Origin: a virus
Taxonomy: Duplodnaviria; Caudoviricetes
Virus record (IMG/VR): IMGVR_UViG_3300037851_000141
Span: 1-64,000 of that record
DNA: 64,000 nt
Direction: 5' to 3' (one strand)
Shown here: positions 19,701 through 30,800 of the stretch, in pieces
Layout: each line of letters opens with the position of its first letter
Numbering within the stretch: position 1 is the stretch's first letter
The notes under the pieces: model-generated
What the model was told of the DNA's origin: nothing
Databases searched by the model: none
The model's input: the letters and a program-made list of their open reading frames with translations, nothing else
Made by a program: the position numbers and the translations under genes

Positions 19701-20853
19701 ATATATAAGTTGCCAATTCATCTACTGCGAGTCTCTTATAATTTTCATATGAACCGAAGAACTGTATACGACAAGGATCTACGGTTGTGATATCCTCATT
19801 CCAGAATATGTAAAATTTGTTTGAGTCATAATAAGATTTTTGTATTGATATTATTGATTGTCCAGTAAATTCCTCACCAGATGCTAATATAGGATTGAAA
19901 TTTAGTTGAACTTGAGTATATTTATTTTTTGTTGGGTCATCATCTGGTTTCACACTTAAAACAAAGTAATTTCTTGAAGATCCAACATTTACATAATAGA
20001 AAATAAGGACTTTATCTCCAACAACAAACGTATTAACGATATTAAAGTATTCAATATTAACATCTTTTGGCAACAATTCTTTCATTATAATTGGTGTGGA
20101 ATAACCAGTTGTAATTGTATAATCGTACCAGTTTGCTAATGGAACTCGACCTTTATTTTTATCATAGGTTATGTCTATACTTGTTATATTACCGTTTCCA
20201 TATTCTTCAACTATCAATTGGAATGATTCAGTTATTTCATCATCCGGCATCATAAGTTTATCAACAACAATTTCTCGTTTAATCCATAACTTAAGCACAC
20301 ATTCTGGTGGAAGTTCTATTGGTAAATCTATAGCGTCTAATGATTTCTTGAATGTATAAGATAACAATTTTTTCGTACTATCATATTCATCATCAATTAC
20401 TAAAGATGGGTTTATAGCTCTACCAAACGGTGCTGGTATAGTTCTCTTTGCTTCACTAATAGTATAAACACCTTCTATAGCTATACTTATGTCTGATATA
20501 GCAAATGCGCCAGATGCTCCAGGGACAATTGAGGTTCTTGGATCTGGAACAACATCTGATACTAAAATTTTATTAAGTGGTATTGATATAGTACTACTTC
20601 TATTTGTTATGTATACGGCTCTATAATTAACTTGAGACTTTATAACATCTGTTGGAACTATAGAATCAAAAACTTCGTTTGTATTATTTTGGAGATTGAA
20701 CTTAATAACTTCTTGATTTGCTATTATCTCAGTATCAAAAAACATACCACCAAGAGACTTGCCAAAAACCTGACGGTCTAATCCAATACCAACTGGATCG
20801 TTGTTGGCATTACCTCTTGTAAGATTAAAGGTTATTTGGTTATTAGATGACAT
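16771..20853 (-). CDS. Large baseplate/fibre protein with a DUF2341-like domain and two C-terminal beta modules
   Basis: SIRIF..KFKIAYYD..IVIWVRL..KLFMYY (DUF2341-like), IGVWH, N-terminal SLGG..VFD..NYRAVYITN motif. Its ATG overlaps the stop codon of the 2342-aa gene (TGATG). Confidence 0.6.
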   Translation of the reverse strand: MSSNNQITFNLTRGNANNDPVGIGLDRQVFGKSLGGMFFDTEIIANQEVIKFNLQNNTNEVFDSIVPTDVIKSQVNYRAVYITNRSSTISIPLNKILVSDVVPDPRTSIVPGASGAFAISDISIAIEGVYTISEAKRTIPAPFGRAINPSLVIDDEYDSTKKLLSYTFKKSLDAIDLPIELPPECVLKLWIKREIVVDKLMMPDDEITESFQLIVEEYGNGNITSIDITYDKNKGRVPLANWYDYTITTGYSTPIIMKELLPKDVNIEYFNIVNTFVVGDKVLIFYYVNVGSSRNYFVLSVKPDDDPTKNKYTQVQLNFNPILASGEEFTGQSIISIQKSYYDSNKFYIFWNEDITTVDPCRIQFFGSYENYKRLAVDELATYIWTDDKLFDSIVAGYDNRRIESYEVLDYKIIREKVQAINVEMFDDLFIIFTKDMRNQALNNIEDIVLNKNELIYIFEKDIQDPEKYSGYKHYPGTNSTVFSQRLYPSSLPSVSYKTSINNTKKSDSTLLITDSNEISTNVDAHRRIKYLLDGTRYVDMNSVHGHAFSIGTREITYELPTDVDGLTNISFTASLSVNNDTNIYSTLKQSYQTTYTINNNVDGTIYEKPLFQQNIIDSNNYGSLSIPIEWADRNYKNEWKTILATHRTDSTKPPVYSLQYNFYCNMWRSVYLNKNEEVIITEHNNLVPSSSTETTGSSGTDGACKLYQNLDIRDVSWVIEPDVFQPITIQISANQIFSRSFKKSKYVINIKVYYKGNEIPLADVITYSDNITDLSYVIVNPDNSISYRTNYCDLYNVRTETGNLYRILNLHNSLLNKTIADVGPEFTVNPQLNPVQAEFRNYRIIKFRGLKTPTTSNYEMSSDITVPIIIYGNGYKAESNSYNPFLEVEHPFDFSKISINDRSIRIFSENNSKIPLKFKIAYYDYDKDFIVIWVRLQDSVQNNIKLFMYYNKIDTTEDTKNIYNNYTFIKSSIYPTAAIGVWHCDKILDDSRLAFNDGKIFNAGEPVVYEKTLDNEIRLTQIEKEYMFGIAKIFKSQKFNLNFDVENLEEPELFLDTENKEDFEKFIRDAAQIFKPSYTEINEIKPFNISVLESGEGNMGTTNNRRVTGLIAMTPSSNVNTYYERSDNSKFNMLSSFNGFSQIIDWVIAQQTDSSVFKSGVLKINGKVKSEVIKFDKPFRNSDYFVFISNPVNQKLYWNILCPDRFTISSSYYLQREVSWMAFHRDVFGGVFTANSMFVGKRTLSNGVFIDENGTSYAQWPGDDLNIVFPQPTTANLGSWYNNELIIKPEYGVEGDPGSMSIDPTNPGYSLILSANENINIYWAEKSINQFRVRTSSPTACTVHYLAIKNGIEWWKEII

Positions 20854-23800
20854 CAGATATCCTCGAATATAAGGTTGAATCTATTATCATTTATATATAT
20901 TTCTTTTACCTTTTTCTGAGCAAAATCCATATAGGTATCTAATGTATCATGATAGAATGTGTTGTCTTTGATTAAAATAGGCAACTCTTCATTAAGGTTA
21001 AGGTTGAATACTCGTACTATTATATCATATCTCATTGGTTTACCATCTAATGAGAATACTGATACACACTCTGCTACTGGATCAATTGGTAGCGCATCCA
21101 ATTCTCTTATAGTCAATTCATCATTAAGTTGATCCGTAGTTAAAGTTTGTAATGCTAAGAGAGTACAATCAATAGTAAATGTTATCTCGTCTTCAATCTT
21201 AAGGGCAATCTTACTTCCTATTACATTGCCTTCTTCATCCAATTCAGCAACATATTCGGCACCATTTCTGACTAATACAACGCGAGATAAACCATCAATT
21301 ATATCAAAAAAGTCAGACAGTCTAACTATTCCATATGAATCTGAACCTGCTTCAATTGACCAAATTATAGTGTGATCACCAGCACCCCAATAATTTACAC
21401 CAATACCAGAGTCAGTCTTATATTGTTTCTGTAATATGAATACCTTATCTTGAACAACATAGAATGATTCAACATCCCAACCAAATACATTGGGGTCTTT
21501 ACCTTCTATAGAATAATATAACTTACTATCTAATTGTACATACTCAACGAAAGTTCTTGACTTATCATATTTCTGAACATCCACACTATCGGTTGTATTA
21601 AACTTAACTTTTACCTTATTTAATAAACCATTTAATGATTTTTCGTCTGTGGTCGTTGAGAATGTATATTGTTTAGGTGTATTAACTGTGATTTTGGCAG
21701 TTCCTACATAAGTATTTGGGTTGAATACTCGGAACCCAGAATAGAATCCGTTAACTGGTAATGTAGCGGCAAATTCATTCTTAAAGTTTTCTAATGTGTA
21801 TTCTGAACTGACTTTATTACCTAACTTGGCTGGATATGTGACTCCAAGTTCTTCAAGACCAATGAGAACCGCTTGAAGAGTTTCATATTCACCCTTAAGA
21901 TAACGTTCAGATAATTTCTCATATTTCTTATTTGTATTATAATTTAATATAAGTCTGCGATCTTCACCACGTTCATTGAAATAAATCTTTATACTATCTG
22001 TAGTGACTCTGGCAGATATTGTATACCATGTATCGACTTTTATGCTTCTTGTATTATATTCACCCCAAGATGCCAGATAAGTCTCATTTAAAGCCTTCGT
22101 TTCTTGGTCATAACTTCTCATACCAAGACCAATATCAAAGTTATAAGTACCAAATCCAACAAAATAGAAATCCGAAATACCCCAATCAAAATCAGACTTA
22201 TTATAATTGTTCTCGGCTTTTAAGATAAGCTCAAATTTCTTCTGATACCCATTGTCTATAATATCTTTATCAAATATAACATCACAAGAAACTTCATAAT
22301 CATAAGATTCAACATCTGATAATACTATAACATCTCTATATCCATAATCATTGTTTATTCCAACCGTTTTATTTACATCAGCTTCACCAGAGAATTGATT
22401 TGGATTGGTATTCTCAAACTTATCAGAAGCTTTATAACATTCTTTGCCTTTATAAGTTGTTATTTCATAAGGAGTTGAATCCGTTGTAAATTTAAGAGTT
22501 GTATCTGGTGTACGTTTACCTATTACATAATTGTCATTTTCATCTTGTATAAACGAAACCCACTTCATATCTCTTGTCTGGTTGAAATCATCAACTAATA
22601 CTTTTGATTCGGTATTCTTGAAGATGTTATCAAAATAGAATTCAACAATAATAGAAGAATCTCCAAGGAATCTGCTAAAGTCAAATTGTTGGTTATTTAG
22701 AACTAATGTTGGAGTATTCGTTACTGTTGATGATGATATATAGTAGTAATCGTTTGGCAGGATATAATGGTCAACAAACACGCCATCAACAAATCTACGC
22801 CACTTATTATATGGTTGAACAATTGGTGGAACTTGATAGAACGCAATCAATCCATCAGATACTCCAAGAGTAATGGAAGTGTTGAATGATTCTGGATAGT
22901 TTTCTGGATCGCATGCTTGGGCTGCTTTAGAATTACTATAACTTATTTTTGGAATAGCAGCAAATGGAGGGACATAATTTTGATAGAATGCCCAATATTT
23001 GTTTATTTCTATGACTGAGCTTGGAACTGATACAAAAGCCGACTTCATGGTAAAGCAACTCATGAATTCTTCGTTCCAATCTTCATTCGTCCATTCCGCT
23101 CTATTATTAGCATCATTTAGATAATCGTTATTAGCGTGCGTATTAAACCAATTGAATAACCCAACTGGCATTATTGAACGTTCTTCCGTTGAATCAGCAT
23201 TTATATATGAGCCGACAGTTAATGTTGTTTCTCCATTTACCTTTTTTGTTTCAAGAGGAATAAAGGCATTCATCTTGACATCAATTGGAATAAGTTGTTC
23301 AGTATCTATGGTAAATCTGGTTTCTGATGCTTCAAATCCAATATTAGAATAGGTTCCAGAAGGAGAGAATGTACCAATTCCAAATGTGTTTCTTTCAGCT
23401 ACAGCAAAATCATGATCCCAAGATGTACTCGAAACACACCATTCAGACTCAAGTAAATAATCACCACTCAAAGATACTGTTGTTCCAGTTAATACAACCT
23501 TTGTTCCACTATTAGAATCAGAAGTCAATCCAGAGAATATTGATGCTGATTTATCTGATGAATATCTAACTTCAACATCTCTCTTCATCCAAACTTTCTT
23601 AGGAACCCACCAGTTATATTCATTAGTAAAAAGTGTATCAGAATCAGCATCATCTTTGGTAGGATATTTAGCTTCAATAGTTTTTATAATATTGACTATA
23701 GTTTCAGGCACATAGAATGCGTTTGGTAGATTAGCTTTATCACATGAGGTATTGATATTATCTGCTTTTTCTATAAATTCGCCGGGTTCACATGATGTTG

Positions 23801-26800
23801 GTGTGTGGACTTTGATTGGTATAATATTATTGCTTGTAAATTTTTCAGCGAATCCAGTTTGTACATCAAGATAATAATTACAACGAATACGACGACTATA
23901 CTTATCTTCCCAATAGTTATATTTTTGTATACTTATTTCAACGTCTGCGGAATCTGCGAAAGTAAATCCATCAAATGATTTATTAGCATATACACCCAAT
24001 AGATTGACAGTACCGCCACCTTTAAGAATTTCTGCTGGAGGTAAGAATATATACGTATCTTTTTGTAATTTACCAATTGGAATAAAATATCTTATTGTAG
24101 TTAAATTGATAGTTTCGTCAGTATATTTTGGATAGTTGGATGTTGCTGTAGACGGGAGAGTTATATCAAATAAACCCCAAACCGTTGATTGGTCGCAATA
24201 TCTACAAATAAGTTTATCCATTGTGTCAGAATTGATAACACGAACACCAATAACTTCTGCTGATGATGTTCCAGCTAAAGATTTGTTTCTATATATTGGT
24301 GCGAATACTTCATTATCTCTTAGTCCAACTCTTGGGATATTCCATTTTTCTGAAACTGAGAACGGACATACTTCTTCCCAAAGACCATTGAATACCTTAT
24401 TTGATGATGATTTTAATATTGTATTTAGTGTTGTTTCAAGAGTTAATGATGCGAAATCTGATGATCTGGTTAATTGAGATATATATTCAAGAACTTGTCC
24501 ACCACTTATAGCAACGGTATGCGGCATTATTGTAAATGTATCTGATAATATAGGAGACATACCAGCTTGAGCCGATGATTCATATACATTCCCAATACGA
24601 GTCCAATTTATAAACGGCTCATAGAAGCTACCATAAGAAATATAAAGAGAGTTCAATATATCTTCTTGTTTTGTAAATGTTGATTTAATAAATGTTTCAT
24701 CTATAATTACATTGAATCTACTACCCCAGGCATCAGCAGATATATTATCAACAAATACCTTATTTACTGAATTATCTGTTATTTCACCAAGAGTGCTGCC
24801 CAAGTCATAAACAGTTTGCCCATTATAATTTTCGGTTACTGTGTATCTAAATGTTGATGATGTTGGTTTATCTACGTTTGAGAGTCCATATGAGTTGGCT
24901 TGAAGAACCTTATCATCTCTCGAATCCAACCATTTTGGCTTAATTTCTTTCCACTTATCAACGGTTTCATTCAATTTTTCATCAACTAAATCAAGTGGTT
25001 GTACAAAGAAACGATTTATTTTTATTGAAGCTGATTGAACAGCAAAACCACAATAACCAGATTCATCAATTGGTTCATATTTATCTGATATTTCAACAAT
25101 CTTACCTTCTACATCAAGTATATCAGTCTGAGCATCATCTTGTATAAGCGAAACTTCAGATATTATTGTTTCATATTCAACATTATCAACATATTTATCA
25201 ATTTCTATTTCTTCTGTATTTTTTATGGCATTATATGTATTAGTATATGTTGTATTGGTTCTAAACTTAATAGATACTTTATTATCTTGAACAGTTAAAT
25301 CAATATCATAGAAAGTTCCAGCATTTAATTCAATAAGATGCCCAAATGAATCAAGTATTGGAGTTGAGAATATTCTTTGGTCTAAATCAGTTGCGTCTGG
25401 ATTTAGATTAAGATAGCGATAATAAGGAATTTCTAAGTTAGCATCATACCCAACATAGGCAAGACTAAATTCACTTGTTTTACCGTTGAACATTAGAGCA
25501 TAATAAGAGTCAACGTCTGCGTATAAATCTTTACCACGGTTTAGTCCACGGAATAATATTTGGAATGAATTTAGTGGTCTTTGAGATAATAACACTTCAT
25601 CAGCTATACGAACGTTATCTGGAGTAAACCTAACTTTTATTTGTACGTCTTTATATTTTTGTTTCTTTGATAGAATACCGGAGACTATATCACGATTGGG
25701 GTTTGGAGTCTCGTAAGCTATTTTAACTATCTCACCAACTTCTAATACAGTTGTTGGTACATAGAGAATGCCCTTACCTAATGTATCCTCAATAGTTTTT
25801 TCTTTTTTGATTAAAGTATATAATGAACTTGTTGGTATAACTTGTTTAATTATATAGTTTATAAATCTGGTGTCTGATGCTGTTGTTCCAATTAGTTCTT
25901 CCCACATTTGCCAAGAAAGTTTAATTTTCTTTATAGCTGATGAACCATATGTTGTTTTAACTTCAAATGGATAATAACCGGCAGTCAGATACTTCCAATC
26001 GCTTGTCTTTTCACTCTCATTTTGTTTGATTTCAATAAGTCCATATTCGGTATTAGCTATAGTAAGTGGAATTGAAACCCCATTATCAATAACACCAGCC
26101 AAAGTTGTACCAGATATACGAGCGAATTGAATGTTATCAATAGATTGTAATGCTTTTATTTGAGTAAGGGTATATTTAGTTTCAGACAGACTAAATAATC
26201 CAACATGTTGCTGACTTAAATCTGTTGGATTGCCAGTATTACCAACATCAAGGCTGAATTTATAATAACCAGCTTGAGATACTTTAACAAATCCACGAAC
26301 ACAAACAAACACATCCGAATCTGTAGCAAATGTAATTTCATCTAATTGGAATAGATTTGGATTTGTTGATGTTGATACATAGTTTATTGCTGGAAGAATG
26401 TCGTTATATTCTGGATTGGTTAATTGACTTTGAGATACACCAACGATCTGTGGAGGAACAGTAACACCAGAATTCCAATTAGCCCATAGATAATCATCAT
26501 TCGGATCACCATATGTACCTTCTTCGCTTTCTAATGGTGAAGTTGGTAAATATCCAAAAGTTGTTATTATACGCTGAACATAATTATCGGGAGCCTTCCA
26601 TATTTTATAATTTCCACCAAAAGATGTTTCAATATTACCTACATATGATGGATTGTTTTCTATTGAGAACCCTTCAATTCTACATGCTAAATCAACAGGA
26701 GAGAAACATAAAGATGATAATGATTCGCTTCCGCAAGTCTTTATTTCTTCTTCAATAAATGACCTTCCATCATCTCGTTGAACATTATGTATATTTGGTG

Positions 26801-27881
26801 GTATTTCATGAACTTCAAACGCAGCTAAACAATTGTTGGATTCAGAATCAATAATATCAGCAGGATAAGAGTGTCTTGAAACATAACGGTAATTATCTAT
26901 AGTCAAATCATTTACACCACCAACGAATTGAGCTAAACTATTATCCCACCCAATGACATTAATTCCCTTGAACTTAAATTCGTTATTGGTTTTCTCTAAC
27001 GTTGGATCGACAAAGAAATAATCAATAATAGGACTTCCAACAGTTATTCCAAATGTCTGAGTCCACATATCTTTAACATCAGTTGTAAAATCGTATAACT
27101 TAAAGAACTCATTTATTGATTCTGCTGACCCTTTTTGCTTGAATAAATCAGACGTTTCAATAATAAAGAGTCTGAACTTATCTATTTCTGATTCTGTTGC
27201 TGTACCATTTTCTATTTTCTGAAAGATATCATAATCTAAGAATGGAGTAAAATCCGATGAATCTTGTTCTGAATAACCTATTTTCTTAGCGTAGAATTCT
27301 TTATGATTAAGTGTATCGCTGAATAACTTTAAGAATTCTGAAGGGGTATGCTCAACGTCATATATATTTGATACATCGTAAATCTTTTTATACATGTTAT
27401 CAAATAACTTAGATGTTGCGAATAATAAATCTCTAAAGCCTTGACTTGTCTCGTATGCTTTAAGATGAGGGGTTGTCATGTGAGATTTAAGCCACGCGAC
27501 AACCATTGAATTGATTGTTATTATTTGTGGTGCCGAAGATTTTACACGATAGAATTGACCAGTTGTTTCATCGTACAATTTCTCGGATATAGCACTTAAT
27601 GAAACGTTATAATCACCATAAAATTGATAAAGTTTGGTTGGACTTGTTTCATTTGAGTAAGTTTTATCACCAAAATCCCAAGAATAAAAATCTACTTTAT
27701 TTACATAAGTCGTTGAATAGTCTATAGTTATATCAAGAGGATTTAGCCCATCTTCATCCATTATAACAGTAAACTCAGACTCTTGTAAATACCCTATTGA
27801 TGTAGTATTAGTAAATTCTACTTTTTGTGGAGCGAATATAAGAGTTGGATCGTAAGTAAATCCGGCAGCAAAATAAGTCAT
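20853..27881 (-). CDS. gp7/P2-gpI-like baseplate wedge protein with PKD, PA14-like and ConA-like domains
   Basis: PKD (YSWDFGD..SP..Y..YG.YNVSL), DVEHTPSEFLKLF..FKQKGSAESINEFF (gpI/gp7 motif), RGFVKVSQAGYYKF..LTAGYYPF (PA14-like); lies directly after gp6. Confidence 0.7.
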   Translation of the reverse strand: MTYFAAGFTYDPTLIFAPQKVEFTNTTSIGYLQESEFTVIMDEDGLNPLDITIDYSTTYVNKVDFYSWDFGDKTYSNETSPTKLYQFYGDYNVSLSAISEKLYDETTGQFYRVKSSAPQIITINSMVVAWLKSHMTTPHLKAYETSQGFRDLLFATSKLFDNMYKKIYDVSNIYDVEHTPSEFLKLFSDTLNHKEFYAKKIGYSEQDSSDFTPFLDYDIFQKIENGTATESEIDKFRLFIIETSDLFKQKGSAESINEFFKLYDFTTDVKDMWTQTFGITVGSPIIDYFFVDPTLEKTNNEFKFKGINVIGWDNSLAQFVGGVNDLTIDNYRYVSRHSYPADIIDSESNNCLAAFEVHEIPPNIHNVQRDDGRSFIEEEIKTCGSESLSSLCFSPVDLACRIEGFSIENNPSYVGNIETSFGGNYKIWKAPDNYVQRIITTFGYLPTSPLESEEGTYGDPNDDYLWANWNSGVTVPPQIVGVSQSQLTNPEYNDILPAINYVSTSTNPNLFQLDEITFATDSDVFVCVRGFVKVSQAGYYKFSLDVGNTGNPTDLSQQHVGLFSLSETKYTLTQIKALQSIDNIQFARISGTTLAGVIDNGVSIPLTIANTEYGLIEIKQNESEKTSDWKYLTAGYYPFEVKTTYGSSAIKKIKLSWQMWEELIGTTASDTRFINYIIKQVIPTSSLYTLIKKEKTIEDTLGKGILYVPTTVLEVGEIVKIAYETPNPNRDIVSGILSKKQKYKDVQIKVRFTPDNVRIADEVLLSQRPLNSFQILFRGLNRGKDLYADVDSYYALMFNGKTSEFSLAYVGYDANLEIPYYRYLNLNPDATDLDQRIFSTPILDSFGHLIELNAGTFYDIDLTVQDNKVSIKFRTNTTYTNTYNAIKNTEEIEIDKYVDNVEYETIISEVSLIQDDAQTDILDVEGKIVEISDKYEPIDESGYCGFAVQSASIKINRFFVQPLDLVDEKLNETVDKWKEIKPKWLDSRDDKVLQANSYGLSNVDKPTSSTFRYTVTENYNGQTVYDLGSTLGEITDNSVNKVFVDNISADAWGSRFNVIIDETFIKSTFTKQEDILNSLYISYGSFYEPFINWTRIGNVYESSAQAGMSPILSDTFTIMPHTVAISGGQVLEYISQLTRSSDFASLTLETTLNTILKSSSNKVFNGLWEEVCPFSVSEKWNIPRVGLRDNEVFAPIYRNKSLAGTSSAEVIGVRVINSDTMDKLICRYCDQSTVWGLFDITLPSTATSNYPKYTDETINLTTIRYFIPIGKLQKDTYIFLPPAEILKGGGTVNLLGVYANKSFDGFTFADSADVEISIQKYNYWEDKYSRRIRCNYYLDVQTGFAEKFTSNNIIPIKVHTPTSCEPGEFIEKADNINTSCDKANLPNAFYVPETIVNIIKTIEAKYPTKDDADSDTLFTNEYNWWVPKKVWMKRDVEVRYSSDKSASIFSGLTSDSNSGTKVVLTGTTVSLSGDYLLESEWCVSSTSWDHDFAVAERNTFGIGTFSPSGTYSNIGFEASETRFTIDTEQLIPIDVKMNAFIPLETKKVNGETTLTVGSYINADSTEERSIMPVGLFNWFNTHANNDYLNDANNRAEWTNEDWNEEFMSCFTMKSAFVSVPSSVIEINKYWAFYQNYVPPFAAIPKISYSNSKAAQACDPENYPESFNTSITLGVSDGLIAFYQVPPIVQPYNKWRRFVDGVFVDHYILPNDYYYISSSTVTNTPTLVLNNQQFDFSRFLGDSSIIVEFYFDNIFKNTESKVLVDDFNQTRDMKWVSFIQDENDNYVIGKRTPDTTLKFTTDSTPYEITTYKGKECYKASDKFENTNPNQFSGEADVNKTVGINNDYGYRDVIVLSDVESYDYEVSCDVIFDKDIIDNGYQKKFELILKAENNYNKSDFDWGISDFYFVGFGTYNFDIGLGMRSYDQETKALNETYLASWGEYNTRSIKVDTWYTISARVTTDSIKIYFNERGEDRRLILNYNTNKKYEKLSERYLKGEYETLQAVLIGLEELGVTYPAKLGNKVSSEYTLENFKNEFAATLPVNGFYSGFRVFNPNTYVGTAKITVNTPKQYTFSTTTDEKSLNGLLNKVKVKFNTTDSVDVQKYDKSRTFVEYVQLDSKLYYSIEGKDPNVFGWDVESFYVVQDKVFILQKQYKTDSGIGVNYWGAGDHTIIWSIEAGSDSYGIVRLSDFFDIIDGLSRVVLVRNGAEYVAELDEEGNVIGSKIALKIEDEITFTIDCTLLALQTLTTDQLNDELTIRELDALPIDPVAECVSVFSLDGKPMRYDIIVRVFNLNLNEELPILIKDNTFYHDTLDTYMDFAQKKVKEIYINDNRFNLIFEDI

Positions 27882-30800
27882 CCATTAGCTCCTGGGTCAA
27901 GTTCTATTATTATATCGCCTAATATTGGGAACTCAAAGTCGTTCATCTGTATATTTAGACTGAACACCCATTCCCGCTCATTAGTTTTTGAGTTCTTGAC
28001 ATCCAGTAGTGGTTCGACTATAGTAAGGAGTGTCGCGTCTTTTGCCAACAATTCGAGAATCTTTTTACGTTTAACTTCAGCAACAGTTTCATTTACACCA
28101 GTAACAGCATCAATATCATAATCAACCTTCTTAAGTTTATCACCTTCATCTTTATTCATGGCTATTTCTATATAATCAATACCAGAAACTTCCTCAAATA
28201 CTTTCTGAACAATATCTGATGGTTGAAGTTCTTCTCCTAATTCATGATTGTTTCTATCAAAATAGTCTCTGATAACTTTTTGTATACTGGTTTCAATTGA
28301 TGTTGTATTACCAAATTTCAATGGACGGAATCTTACTCTGACATCAATTGGAATCAACTTAGCATTCACCAATTCATGTTCAACTGTCGCCATTGATTTA
28401 TAATTTTCTTTTAATGTCTCAAGAATATAATCACGCTGACGCTTAGTTATCTCATTTCCAGATTTAGGTAGAATAACAAGGAATATTGTGTTAAAGAAGT
28501 ATTTTTCAATTTCAGTTTCAGGTAAAAGACCAGATTCTTGTAATTCACGATATGACAAGGGTTTAGAACGAAGAACAATATCATTAAAAGCTGAATCGAC
28601 AAATGAAGAGTAATCATCCAGAGAAACTATGCGATCTTGTCTTAAATTAGCTGATGCCGCATTATAACGGAGTTCTTCGGTATTCTCTGGGAAGGCACCA
28701 CCAATAGCAGAACTTGGTTGTTGAATACTTAAAATAGTTGAGTTAATAGCTGTACCGTCTGAATCGTATATAGCTGTTGTATTGGTTCGTTCATCCGCAG
28801 CAAAATAAGTGGATGATTTGAGTCCAAGTAATTGTATAAACTGGTCCTCAAATTGTAATGTTATATTGTCATCACCAAGAATTTGTCGAGATAATACTAT
28901 ACTGTCAGCAAGACTATTTGGAGGGATATTACCATCTTGACCAACTGTAAGTAAACCAAATATTATTATCTCATTACCAAACGGATCTGTACCAAAATCA
29001 ACACCATTACCGAAACTTATTTCAATATATTTGGTGTCCTCAACTCTACTGAAAAATACCTTAGACCCAATTTTTATATTTGTACTTAATGTCATATCGG
29101 AAGCATTTAACCATTCTTCCCAATCTCCAGCAGAATTCTTTACAAACACTCTTAAATCAGAATATGAAATGTCTTCTTGTTCAATTTGGAATTTTATTTC
29201 TTGAGTTGATTTACGATCTGCTGAGAATTTTATACCAAGATTATTGTTTGCTCTATCAATAACTCCATTAGAATTGATAAATGAGAATTTTATAGTACCT
29301 TGAGTTAAGTCATTTATTGCGAATGTTTCTGGAATATTAGTAAATCTTAATCCAGGGAGAGTACCAGCACTTGTTATTTGTCCACTAAAATTTACCATTC
29401 CGTGTTTTTGATAGTCATAAGAATCAGAGTAATCAGCAAACCAATCAATATTTACTTTTTCATCAGATTCTTCAATGTTTATAGTAAATCCATTAATAGT
29501 TTTATTTGTATACCAAACATTGACATTCTTATTTGCTATCATATGTAAACCGTATTCATTTGTCGTGAATTCTTTATCAAATACAATATCTTTAGAAGTT
29601 GAACCAGCACCTAAAGTTATTGTTCCACGTTTCTGTGTTGAAGAATTGGTTTCAGCTACAACATCTTCATCATTGGAGAATACGAAGGTTGAATAAGATA
29701 CTGTACCTGAGAATGACTTTTCGGCTTTAAGCTTGAATCCATTAACAGTTTTATCTTCAAACCAAACTCTTATGTTGTCTGATGGCGTTAAGAATATTGT
29801 ATAATCTGGAGTCTGACCAGCTATCTCGGGTATTGGGGTGTTAAATGAAACTTCTATTTCTCTGGTTTCTTCAGTATTTATCTTTGTTGCTACCCAATTA
29901 ACATCACCATCAAACCCGGTATTAGCTTCAACATTGATACTAAAGCCATCTTCATTTTTATCAGAGTACCAAACTTGAACGTTTTGAGACGGTGTGAGAG
30001 AAATAGCATATTCAACATCACCACTTGTCCCAGGTGTAAATGGTTTATCAAATGCTACGAATACCTTATTGATGCCTTCTGAGAAACTGACAGATCCAGT
30101 CTTTTGTTCAGTTGTTTCTACCGTAATATTTGGCACAACTTGGAAGTCCCCGAATCTTTGACCAACAGTTCTTTGTACAGTTGGAGTGCCAGTTTCTTGA
30201 TCGACATATGATGGGAATATTCTGGCAATCGTGACTTCATTAGTTCCAGGTTCTTTTGAGGTAACGTCCAATTTAGCATCATAATTGTAATCTGGACTAT
30301 CTGGACTGAGAATACAGAGGTTGACGTTGTAATATGATTGATTTACATCCCATATATTAGACTCAAAAATCTGGGAACTTATACGACCTTGATTAAATGA
30401 ATATATCTGGCCGTTTATCAGTACTTCTAATTCTGACTTATCTCCACTCTTATTGATGTCCATATGAATTTGTTTGATGCCATTGGTTGTAGATTCCAAT
30501 TTATCAAACTCAAAAGATACAGACTCAAGATTATTCATACCAAGAACACCAAGATAGAACTTATATTTGGCGTTATTTTGTATTTCTTTTAATGTCCAGA
30601 AATTACCATCAGCATCTTCAGACATTAAACGTATGGTTGATATAATGTTATCTTTTTTATCTTCAGTTATATTTGTTTCGTCATATATTTCAAGATATGG
30701 TTTGGCTTGTTGAGCATCATAAGTAAAGACAATACAGTACGTTGTGTCTTTACGAATTGTCAAACTGGTATTCTTCGTTTCAATATTACGAGTAAATGGC

